From: a virus | Lineage: Duplodnaviria; Caudoviricetes | IMG/VR virus record: IMGVR_UViG_3300033072_001201 | Coordinates: 1-64,000 of that record | Length of the DNA stretch: 64,000 nucleotides | Strand: one strand, 5' to 3' | Shown here: positions 37,008 through 44,413 of the stretch, piece by piece | Position numbering within the stretch: the stretch's first letter is position 1 | Layout: every line of letters starts with the position of its first letter | Notes under the pieces: generated by a model | Told to the model about the DNA's origin: nothing | The model's input: the letters and a program-made list of their open reading frames with translations, nothing else | Databases searched by the model: none | Program-made: the position numbers and the translations under genes

Positions 37008-37211
37008 ATGAAAAATCTAATTGAAGCACTAACTATTTTTTCAAAATATACCAACTCCAACTATCCAACAAGTTGCGAGCACGATATTTTATACGTTCAA
37101 GTTGACCCGGCAGAAGTTACTTATGATGATAAAACTAAGTTGAACGACTTGGGATTTCATGCTGATATTGATAATCATAATTTTTATTCTTATACTTTTG
37201 GATCTTGTTGA
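37008..37211 (+). CDS. conserved small phage protein
   Basis: LIEALTIF.KY...PT.CEHD.L...D..L..LGF. Confidence 0.85.
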   Translation: MKNLIEALTIFSKYTNSNYPTSCEHDILYVQVDPAEVTYDDKTKLNDLGFHADIDNHNFYSYTFGSC

Positions 37212-37221
37212 AAGGAATATT

Positions 37222-37515
37222 ATGCAATTTTATGAAGTAGTTATTTGGACTCCTGATTATCCCGAAACAATGATTCATATTTGGGAAGACGGATCAATTG
37301 GCGATGTTTATCGATATAGAAATAATTGCCTTGCCCAAAATAATTGTCGCAATCCAGAAGATTGGCAAAGTGGTTCTAATAGTCTTTTTAGCCATTATAT
37401 TGGCAAAAACAAAAACCAATTTCGCGCCAGAGCTTTCGCCCAACTAAGACGAGATATTAAAAATGGGGAATTAACTAATGACAAATTTGTAAAACTTTTG
37501 ACAAAGGTTAATTGA
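37222..37515 (+). CDS. hypothetical protein
   Basis: Start corrected; AGGA upstream. Confidence 0.7.
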   Translation: MQFYEVVIWTPDYPETMIHIWEDGSIGDVYRYRNNCLAQNNCRNPEDWQSGSNSLFSHYIGKNKNQFRARAFAQLRRDIKNGELTNDKFVKLLTKVN

Positions 37516-37569
37516 TTAGTTTGTGAGAAAATTCTTGACCAAATCGCCTGATTTTGCTACCGTTTAATT

Positions 37570-37854
37570 ATGGTAAAACTAATTGAATATCAAACACTTG
37601 TAACAGCAACCAAGGCGTCCGACAATCAATCTCTTTATAGATGTCCGAGGTGTTTTAAATGGCACGCAAACCATTGGAATCTTGATTATTTAGCGGATAA
37701 ACCAGAAGATAATATTAAATATTTTGGTCGGCAAAAATTTTGCGATAAGTGTGAGGAAACCCTTTGGAAATTAGCAGAAACGCCGGAATTTTCTAATCAT
37801 CCTGCGGCGATTGCAGTAAAAAATCATTGTGAAATTTTGGGGAGGAGTTTGTAA
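37570..37854 (+). CDS. Zn-finger hypothetical protein
   Basis: CPRC..FCDKC. Confidence 0.75.
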   Translation: MVKLIEYQTLVTATKASDNQSLYRCPRCFKWHANHWNLDYLADKPEDNIKYFGRQKFCDKCEETLWKLAETPEFSNHPAAIAVKNHCEILGRSL

Positions 37855-37858
37855 AAAA

Positions 37859-37957
37859 ATGAAAAACGATAAAACGGTTTCGGATATTTTTAGTATTGTC
37901 GCAATTATTATTCTAATTTATCTTGCGATTGTTTCAATTACAAAAGTAGGATTTTAA
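37859..37957 (+). CDS. 32-aa single-TM peptide
   Basis: MKNDKTVSDIFSIVAIIILIYLAIVSITKVGF. Confidence 0.6.
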   Translation: MKNDKTVSDIFSIVAIIILIYLAIVSITKVGF

Positions 37958-38075
37958 AGCCACTGACCCACGAATAAATTCGCGTGTCCTCTTTCCGTCA
38001 TTTTATGCAAAAAGAATTACAAGATAATTGTTATAAACTTATTGATTTTATCAATTAAAATTCGGGCGAATAATT

Positions 38076-38309
38076 ATGAATCCCAATTATATTACTCTAA
38101 ATCTTTATCCCCCGCAAAATCCAGAACGTGCCTTAAATTGGGCTTATGGAATTAATGTAGGGCAGAATACTTTTCTTTTAGGATATATTGAAAATCCAGT
38201 TAAGAATCAAAAGTTTTTAATGGGGAAAGTTAAGAAAGCCTATAATTATGTTTTAGCAGGACAACCTGCCGACTGGCTAACTAATCCAAAATATAAGAAA
38301 TTAAGATAA
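38076..38309 (+). CDS. hypothetical protein
   Basis: Packed ORF. Confidence 0.7.
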   Translation: MNPNYITLNLYPPQNPERALNWAYGINVGQNTFLLGYIENPVKNQKFLMGKVKKAYNYVLAGQPADWLTNPKYKKLR

Positions 38310-38332
38310 TTGAAGAAAATTGGTTTTCGGCG

Positions 38333-38411
38333 TTGACTTCCTGCGAAAATCTGATACTGTCTAATTGTTGAAGGCAAGAAACGTTTTCAACAGTTCTTTT
38401 TAGAGTTCTTT
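38333..38411 (+). promoter_or_regulatory. tRNA-cluster promoter with a boxB-like hairpin and boxA-like GTTCTTT
   Basis: TTGACT-16-TACTGT; TGTTGAA/TTCAACA hairpin; GTTCTTT twice. Confidence 0.6.
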
Positions 38412-38480
38412 GGTTTCAATTTTTAGTTAGTGGAGAAAATTGAGTGGGACTAAAAACCCCTACCATTAATTAAAAACTTT

Positions 38481-38606
38481 GGCGATATAGTTTAAGGACA
38501 AAACAGCTTTTTGATAAAAAGCAGATATTAGAAATTAGTTGTTTAGCATATTAGGATCTGCGTATTACACTCATGATAGTTAGTTAAAAATTTCTAATTA
38601 TCGCCA
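38481..38606 (+). tRNA. trnI: tRNA-Ile(GAU) with a ~55-nt insertion in the T-loop
   Basis: GGCGATA/TATCGCC; GCTTT-TTGATAA-AAAGC; T-stem extended to ATTAGAAATT/AATTTCTAAT. Confidence 0.75.
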
Positions 38607-38841
38607 ATTTATTTTGCAGAGTAGTTTTTTGTTCTTTGTAGTTCGAAATACAAATAGGGCCGAAAGGATATTTGAGCCGAGAAATAATTCCCTGCTCGAC
38701 TCACCAATTTTAAAGAATTATTAATCAGAAAGTTTTCTCGCCGAAAACCTTGACTCTCGCCAAAATTCTGGTAAGGTAGTCTCAAGATTAGATTTGAAGC
38801 CGATATTTGCTCATTTAATTTTTGTTCTTTTATATTTTTAA

Positions 38842-38995
38842 AGTAATTATATAGCTCGTCTGGTATTAGAGCTTAATAAAGAGAGTTGCAAATTTCTTTA
38901 TTATAGGATTTTGAAAGGATAGGAACGACCTGTTTATTACAATTTCCGAACCGGGCATTGCTTGGTGGCGTGGTTCAAATCCACAATAGTTACTT
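38842..38995 (+). tRNA. enlarged tRNA-Cys(GCA)-like RNA
   Basis: D-arm GCTC/GAGC; 11-bp anticodon stem with TTGCAAA; ~65-nt variable region; GTGG-TTCAAAT-CCAC; U discriminator. Confidence 0.65.
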
Positions 38996-39030
38996 TAGAT
39001 ATTTTTGTTCTTTATTCACCAATGTTCTTT

Positions 39031-39239
39031 TTAGATAAATTAATTGATTATCGGCGTGGAAGGACACGCAGAAATGTCGGGACCGTAACAATCTGGAATT
39101 TTTGTGGTTTAGGCTTTGATTTGGTCTCCTGTTGACACAAATTTTCGCAAGTCCGAGAGGAACCAGTACGAGCCGAGGTTTTGCCGAATATCAAGCGGAA
39201 ACAAGTATCAAGCCTTGTATAATCAATTAATTTATCTAA
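39031..39239 (+). ncRNA. tRNA-like RNA with a 21-bp closing stem and a 131-nt central insert
   Basis: Perfect 21-bp IR; D-arm GCGTG-GAAGGA-CACGC; T-like arm ACAAG/CTTGT. Confidence 0.6.
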
Positions 39240-39481
39240 TTAGGCAATTAGTTAATTTATTCTTTATTTTAGAGAAAAACAATCTCTCCAATTTCCGCGA
39301 TAAATCCCATTAGATCGTCTATCTTTTGGCGAAGGATAAGATAATAATAACTGTTAGTATGTATAATGTGGTTTGCATTGTGGTTTATGTGTGTGTAATA
39401 TCCTTCGCGGAATATTTTCTTACGCAAAAAAAATTCGCGAAAAAAGCTTGTTTAGGACGGAAATTCTGCTACTCTTTAGAA

Positions 39482-39715
39482 AGTCAAGGTTAACGCGGCT
39501 GGCGAGCCGAATCTTAACGAAAGTTTTTTGACTCCCTCTCAAATTAGATATTGGAACTTCAACCCAAATTATCTAATTGCGAGGTTGGTTTGTAAGATAG
39601 TAATTGTCGGAATTTATTTTCTTAGCCTTCCCGGCTAATGAAACTTCGGGTGATCTTATAATCTCGATATGGTTATTGAACTAAGGTTCGATTGTAAAAA
39701 CCCAGCCCGAAGACA
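39482..39715 (+). ncRNA. candidate structured leader or ncRNA
   Basis: Promoter at 39448-39475; consecutive stems AGTCAA/TTGACT, AATTAGATA/TATCTAATT, CTTCGGG/CCCGAAG. Confidence 0.45.
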
Positions 39716-39741
39716 TTTTTTGTTAATTGTTCTTTTATAAT

Positions 39742-40174
39742 CCATCGTTAGCTCAATGGTTAGAGCAGGCGACTTGAGCAATATGAGCACTACAATATTA
39801 AATGAACTAAAATTCATTTAATTAATAAGGGAAACCTTATAGTGAAATGGTGTAAATTCAATGAACGGTGTAAAATCCCAACGTTGAGCGAAGCTTTAGA
39901 TTGAAAAATCTTTAGAACGTGCAGAGACCATAATCACCGATCTAAATTAAAGTATCCCGTATAATGAAATACACGCAATGTTGTTAGTTGGCAGTGTTTT
40001 ACGGAGCGGAAATGTAACAAATACACCGAACTTTAACAAGATCAAGGCATGGCCCAGACCACAAACAAATATGTAAACATTAGGTTCATAGCGTGATGGT
40101 AAAATATTTGGTAGTGAAAACTATAGTGGTAAGATAATCGCCCGACCTTAGTTCAATTCTAAGACGATGGACCA
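39742..40174 (+). tRNA. trnI: tRNA-Ile(UAU) interrupted by a group I intron
   Basis: Exons 39742-39775 and 40134-40174 give loop CUUAUAA; full cloverleaf with encoded CCA. Confidence 0.85.
39776..40133 (+). mobile_element. group I intron (IC3-like, no ORF)
   Basis: P1 CUU/GAG with U.G pair; R GTGCAGAGACC; S AAGGCATGGCCC; terminal G. Confidence 0.88.
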
Positions 40175-40194
40175 ATTTTTTAGTTCTTTTAAAT

Positions 40195-40539
40195 GCCGCT
40201 GTGATGGAAGGTATACATCAAAGTCTTAGTTAAACTCCTAATAATCAATAACTTAGGAGAATTGAGCACTTAGTTAGAAATAATTAAGTGAATGTCCTTA
40301 AAGTCGGGGAAGGCTAAGTCATAGTAATATGATATGTTAATCCCGAACCAAGCATTGAATTGTATTTATACAATTTGAGGGCGTGTGTAGAGAGCAGACA
40401 GGGACAATCTGACCGTCTAATTATATTAGATAGAAGATTATGGGGTGCTCCTCGTGAATAACCAGAATCGAAAGATTCATTTCGCGAAAAAAACTTTGGC
40501 CCGAAAGGGATTGTGGGGTCGAACCCACCAGCGGCACCA
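40195..40539 (+). tRNA. trnL: tRNA-Leu(UAA) interrupted by a group I intron
   Basis: GCCGCTG/CAGCGGC-A-CCA; AAAGT/ACTTT anticodon stem; long variable arm CCC-GAAA-GGG. Confidence 0.85.
40228..40488 (+). mobile_element. group I intron (IC3, cyanobacterial trnL-like); 3' splice site atypical
   Basis: AATTGAGC P1, AAAGTCGGGGAA, AATCCCGAACCAAG, GTGTAGAGAGCA/TGCTCC P7, GAATC-GAAA-GATTC P9. Confidence 0.88.
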
Positions 40540-40613
40540 ATTCTTTTTACAAGATAAAAGGAGCAACTTATTAATCTGGCCTAGCCGATTAGTAGATTCT
40601 ATGTTTCATAGTT

Positions 40614-41336
40614 TTAATGGTTACACACTCCGGAATGATTAGTTGGTAAAATTCCATCTTGTAAAACATTTTTATTGTTTGAAAGTTTAGTATTAATTAA
40701 ATTAACTATAATTTCTAGAAAGGGTTTAGAAGATAATTCTGTGAATCGTTTTTGTCCGGAAGTATCAATTATACAAAGCTCTATTCCTTTTTCTAAACAA
40801 GCTTGAAATTTGCGATTGTCGTTGTTTTGAGTTTGTTTTAGTTTTTCCTCTCCGTATATTGGCTCATAGTGAAAAATCCCATTTAATTCAACCGCCAATT
40901 TTAAAGATGGGATATAAATATCAAGTTCAGAATTGATTGTATCTTTTCTGGAATAATGGATTTCTAATTTTGGGTATAAAATATTTAGTTCTTTTTCTAA
41001 AAATAATTCAAGTTTTGACCGACGATAGCCTTTAGTTTTATGAGTGTTATTATAAGTCGCGGCGCAAGATGAACAACAAAAGTTATTCGGATGTTTTTTG
41101 ACTTGACTAGCAACTTTATAAAATTCTTTGCCGCATTGTTTACAAGTTACCAATTCTTTTGTTATATGCGCCTTGTGTTGGCACTTTCCAGAACAATATA
41201 ATTTATCAATTTTTGATTTTTTAATACGATGCTTCAAAAATCTTTGAGCAATTGTAAACTCTTTATTGCAATAATCACATTCACAGCGAATTTGCGCGTT
41301 ATATTTCTTGTCTAAATAAGATTCTAGTATTTTCAT
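40614..41336 (-). CDS. Zn-finger plus Vsr/EDxHD-like homing endonuclease
   Basis: Repeated CxxC; ELDIYIP..LAVELNGIFHY; start corrected to MKILESY. Confidence 0.8.
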   Translation of the reverse strand: MKILESYLDKKYNAQIRCECDYCNKEFTIAQRFLKHRIKKSKIDKLYCSGKCQHKAHITKELVTCKQCGKEFYKVASQVKKHPNNFCCSSCAATYNNTHKTKGYRRSKLELFLEKELNILYPKLEIHYSRKDTINSELDIYIPSLKLAVELNGIFHYEPIYGEEKLKQTQNNDNRKFQACLEKGIELCIIDTSGQKRFTELSSKPFLEIIVNLINTKLSNNKNVLQDGILPTNHSGVCNH

Positions 41337-41423
41337 AATTTTTAATGTTACATCTAGTAATACACTAAAAACTTGAAATTTATTAAGAATCTTATCTAGA
41401 ATACTATTTTCTTTTATTTTTAT

Positions 41424-41533
41424 GATCCTGTAACGCCGATGGTTTCTACCCATCCCAATCTAGGTTTTCATTAACCTTAAATAAAAAAGCGTAATTGGAA
41501 GGTATGGGCGTTCAACTCGCCTCAGGATCTCCA
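41424..41533 (+). tRNA. tRNA with a 34-nt expanded anticodon loop; identity undetermined
   Basis: GATCCTG/CAGGATC-T-CCA; T-arm GGGCG-TTCAACT-CGCCT; CCAAT/ATTGG stem encloses 41460-41493. Confidence 0.75.
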
Positions 41534-41564
41534 TTTTTATTATCAACTTACCAAATCCCCCAAT

Positions 41565-41861
41565 ATGCAAATCCACATCCTCCTTCTAAAATACTTTATC
41601 AATTTCCATGACGCCGACGATGGAGATTGTTATGCTGGCGAGGGTAGCAAAATCATTAAAGTTTTTGCCGACAAACAAAATGCCGTCGAAATGGCTAATC
41701 GTCTAAATCCAGTATTGAAAAGTGCGGAGAAAGAAGATATTATTTTTCCAACTCAAAAATACAACGGAATACTTAAACAAGAATTAGGATTTGATCGATT
41801 TGATATTGATGACGGATATGATTTTAATCTAGTAGTTGAAACGTTTGAAATTGAAAATTAG
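41565..41861 (+). CDS. hypothetical protein
   Basis: Packed ORF. Confidence 0.75.
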   Translation: MQIHILLLKYFINFHDADDGDCYAGEGSKIIKVFADKQNAVEMANRLNPVLKSAEKEDIIFPTQKYNGILKQELGFDRFDIDDGYDFNLVVETFEIEN

Positions 41862-42024
41862 ACGAAAAGATTTTTTTACAAAAATTCCTCCAAATAATTC
41901 CCTCTCAAATTTTCCCTTTTAGTATTTCTGCTTAGCAGAACGTTTTTGCAAAGCAAAAAATCTTGACTAATTGGGAATTTTGGCGCATAGTAGGGTCGAA
42001 ATAAAAACCACGCAGAAAAATATT

Positions 42025-42273
42025 ATGAAAAAATTCCAACTTCAGTATTTAGAAGTAATGTTAACTAGCGAAGAACTTACTTCTTATTTTAAGATTTTTG
42101 GTGATCGTTTTTGGAACGATACCGAAAATCAAATATTTATTCCGTTAGATCGTCTTAGCGAAAGCGATAATTTTACCGAATTTTTTGACAAAATTTGCAA
42201 CTTTTTTGGAACAATTAATCTTGATCTCGTTAGTGGAATTTATATTGATTGCAATAACCTTTTGGTCGAATAA
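42025..42273 (+). CDS. hypothetical protein
   Basis: Promoter upstream; start corrected. Confidence 0.7.
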   Translation: MKKFQLQYLEVMLTSEELTSYFKIFGDRFWNDTENQIFIPLDRLSESDNFTEFFDKICNFFGTINLDLVSGIYIDCNNLLVE

Positions 42274-42282
42274 CTCTTCAAT

Positions 42283-42489
42283 ATGAAAACTTTTCGCGTA
42301 GATGTTTGCTGCCGGTGGATTAGTTGGCAAAATAATCAAGAACGCCAGCAAGGAATTACTACAAAAATTTATAAGGTTCACGCCAATGATAAACATCAGG
42401 CTTCTATAAAAGCCGAAGATATGGCGTCAAGGGATGGTAATTTTAATCTTGGAAAACCAGATGAAGTAACTGCAATTGAAGTATTTTAG
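42283..42489 (+). CDS. hypothetical protein
   Basis: Packed ORF. Confidence 0.75.
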   Translation: MKTFRVDVCCRWISWQNNQERQQGITTKIYKVHANDKHQASIKAEDMASRDGNFNLGKPDEVTAIEVF

Positions 42490-42500
42490 AGGGAAATATT

Positions 42501-42713
42501 ATGCAAATTGATAATGATATTTTTGATGATTTTAATAATCAGATTGATAAACTCAAGCAGGAACTTTCTGTAAAAACTCCACCCGAAAATTGTTCGGTCG
42601 AAACAATTAATGGTTTTTATTCAATTATTGCACGTCATTTAAATCGCCTAGAAATTGCGCGACGAATTTTTAACGAATATGCAAATTCTGGAATTGTAAA
42701 AATCCCCGATTAA
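42501..42713 (+). CDS. hypothetical protein
   Basis: Packed ORF. Confidence 0.7.
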   Translation: MQIDNDIFDDFNNQIDKLKQELSVKTPPENCSVETINGFYSIIARHLNRLEIARRIFNEYANSGIVKIPD

Positions 42714-42715
42714 TT

Positions 42716-42937
42716 ATGAAAAAATCATTGCAACAAACAATTTCAGACCTATTTGATAGTTTTACAGCTAATAATTCCAAACTTATCACCGATTATTTTT
42801 ATTCCAAATATTCAACTGGATATTTTAATCATACCACTTTCGTCTTTCCGGGCGGATTAATAGACCACAATCGTTATATTAGAGAGAGGAATGAGTTTAT
42901 CGTCGGACTAATTAAAGATAATTTGCCGAAAAGCTAA
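42716..42937 (+). CDS. hypothetical protein
   Basis: Packed ORF. Confidence 0.65.
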   Translation: MKKSLQQTISDLFDSFTANNSKLITDYFYSKYSTGYFNHTTFVFPGGLIDHNRYIRERNEFIVGLIKDNLPKS

Positions 42938-43082
42938 TATCGAAAAAACTCTCGCCGAAAATTTTTCTCTTTAGAGAAATGAAAAACGAAGTTTTTTCTT
43001 GTCTAACTCGTTTTTTCTGCTACTTTATGGGGAGTTAAGGCAAATTCTGATTAAAAAACCAAAAACCAAACAATATATTACA

Positions 43083-43952
43083 ATGTCCTCTAATATTGAT
43101 ATTAAAACCCTCGCCGAAAAAGCATTGGTTACAAAAGTTTCCATTAGTTGCTTTAATGGAATCGTTCAAGACAAGCAAATTACAAAAGATACTAATGACG
43201 CCAACGGTGTTAAAGGCAAGCGGGGAAGTTATACAAAGCGAATTTTGCAAGGCGATCATTTTAATGCAATGCAAAACAATCAGCAAAAGATTCGCAATTA
43301 TATTATGGGAATTTCACTTCCTTGGCTTGACGGCGGTTGGCGATTGATTAAAAGTGTCGATTTTATTGAAACAAAGCGGAAACTTGACGAATTGATTGCC
43401 GATTTTAATAAGTCGGTAGATGATTTTATTGCAAATTATCAAGTTATCAAACAAAAAGATATGGTCGAATTGGGGTCTGCTTATAATCCCAATGATTATC
43501 CTAATATTGAAACCATGCGCAATAAGTTCGGCGTAAAGTTTGTTGCCGAAAAGATTGCGGAAACTGATTTTCGAAATAGTGGTTGGGATGCCGCTATTAT
43601 TCAGGAAATGCAAGATAATGCACTGGCGGAATTTGAAAGTCGGCTAAATGCTGGTAAGGTTGAGATTATTACTCGTTTGCGCGATGAATTGGCGCATTTG
43701 GCGGAGAGGCTTGCAAAAGGATCTTTTAAGCAAAATAGCTTGACTAATATTCAGGAGGCTATTGCATCGATTCGCAATCTTAATATTACCGATGATTCTG
43801 CACTTGAAACTCTTGTTTCTAATATTGGTGCGATTATTCCAACCGATGCGGAAGAAGTGCGCGATTCGCAAACTAAAATTGATGAAACAAAAGAAAATGT
43901 AAAGGTTAGTATTGAGGCGGTTGACGATTTGATTAGTGATGTTCTCGGTTAA
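43083..43952 (+). CDS. DUF3150-like protein
   Basis: SLPWLDGGWRLI, YNPNDYP..E..R.KF; typical neighbour of MoxR/VWA genes. Confidence 0.8.
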   Translation: MSSNIDIKTLAEKALVTKVSISCFNGIVQDKQITKDTNDANGVKGKRGSYTKRILQGDHFNAMQNNQQKIRNYIMGISLPWLDGGWRLIKSVDFIETKRKLDELIADFNKSVDDFIANYQVIKQKDMVELGSAYNPNDYPNIETMRNKFGVKFVAEKIAETDFRNSGWDAAIIQEMQDNALAEFESRLNAGKVEIITRLRDELAHLAERLAKGSFKQNSLTNIQEAIASIRNLNITDDSALETLVSNIGAIIPTDAEEVRDSQTKIDETKENVKVSIEAVDDLISDVLG

Positions 43953-44171
43953 TTAAATATTATTAAACCTCCCAAATGCACAAATTCTCGTCATAGTTGG
44001 AAACCTGTTGGCGGTTGCAAAGAAAATCCCGGATATTGGGGAATCGGTGGCTCTGCAATTGCTTATGGCGAAAAATGCCGGCATTGTGGAATGGAAAGAA
44101 GCCGAGTTTTTGGCGATGTAAATAAATGCGGAAATAGAAATCATGGTTGGCGATATTCTCCGGAATATTAA
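43953..44171 (+). CDS. 72-codon Cys/His ORF lacking a canonical start, in frame with the preceding gene
   Basis: HSW..GGCKENPGYWG..EKCRHCG; only ATT codons near its 5' end. Confidence 0.5.
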   Translation, partial: LNIIKPPKCTNSRHSWKPVGGCKENPGYWGIGGSAIAYGEKCRHCGMERSRVFGDVNKCGNRNHGWRYSPEY

Positions 44172-44236
44172 TAATTAGTTGTTGAAATAATATCAATTAG
44201 CCAATTTGCTTATTGCCGATTGGCTAATTTATTTTT

Positions 44237-44413
44237 ATGACAAATTTCAAAGTAGGACAAAAAGTTAAAACTTCAAACGCCGAAGTTGGCAAAATTATAG
44301 AAAAACATCCTGTTATTTCAGAAGCTTGGAATATTAAAATAGAGAGAAAATTTGGGAAAGAAATTGAAAGCGTGACGGAATATTATTTTGAGGAAGAAAT
44401 TATAAAACTTTAG
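44237..44413 (+). CDS. 58-aa KOW-like protein
   Basis: MTNFKVGQKVK; translated by hand. Confidence 0.7.
   Translation: MTNFKVGQKVKTSNAEVGKIIEKHPVISEAWNIKIERKFGKEIESVTEYYFEEEIIKL

Noticed and set aside
38615-38706. tRNA-like element ending ACCA with a GTTCGAAA loop
   Set aside because: I could not build a consistent cloverleaf; the T-loop-like hairpin is at the wrong (5') position.
39155-39172. Sarcin-ricin-loop-like words GAGAGGA and AGTACGAG
   Set aside because: They are in the wrong order relative to 23S AGUACGAGAGGA; probably a GNRA hairpin coincidence.
39329-39408. 10-bp inverted repeat around a GT-rich loop, or a small hydrophobic ORF
   Set aside because: A single stem with a low-complexity loop; neither reading has independent support.
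39630-39645. Hammerhead ribozyme core (CTAATGA...GAAAC)
   Set aside because: It lacks the CUGANGA consensus and the required stem II between the core strands.
40601-40668. Possible tRNA-Arg(CCG)
   Set aside because: Only a 2-bp anticodon stem and mismatched acceptor and T stems, overlapping the HEG 3' end; at most a decayed remnant.
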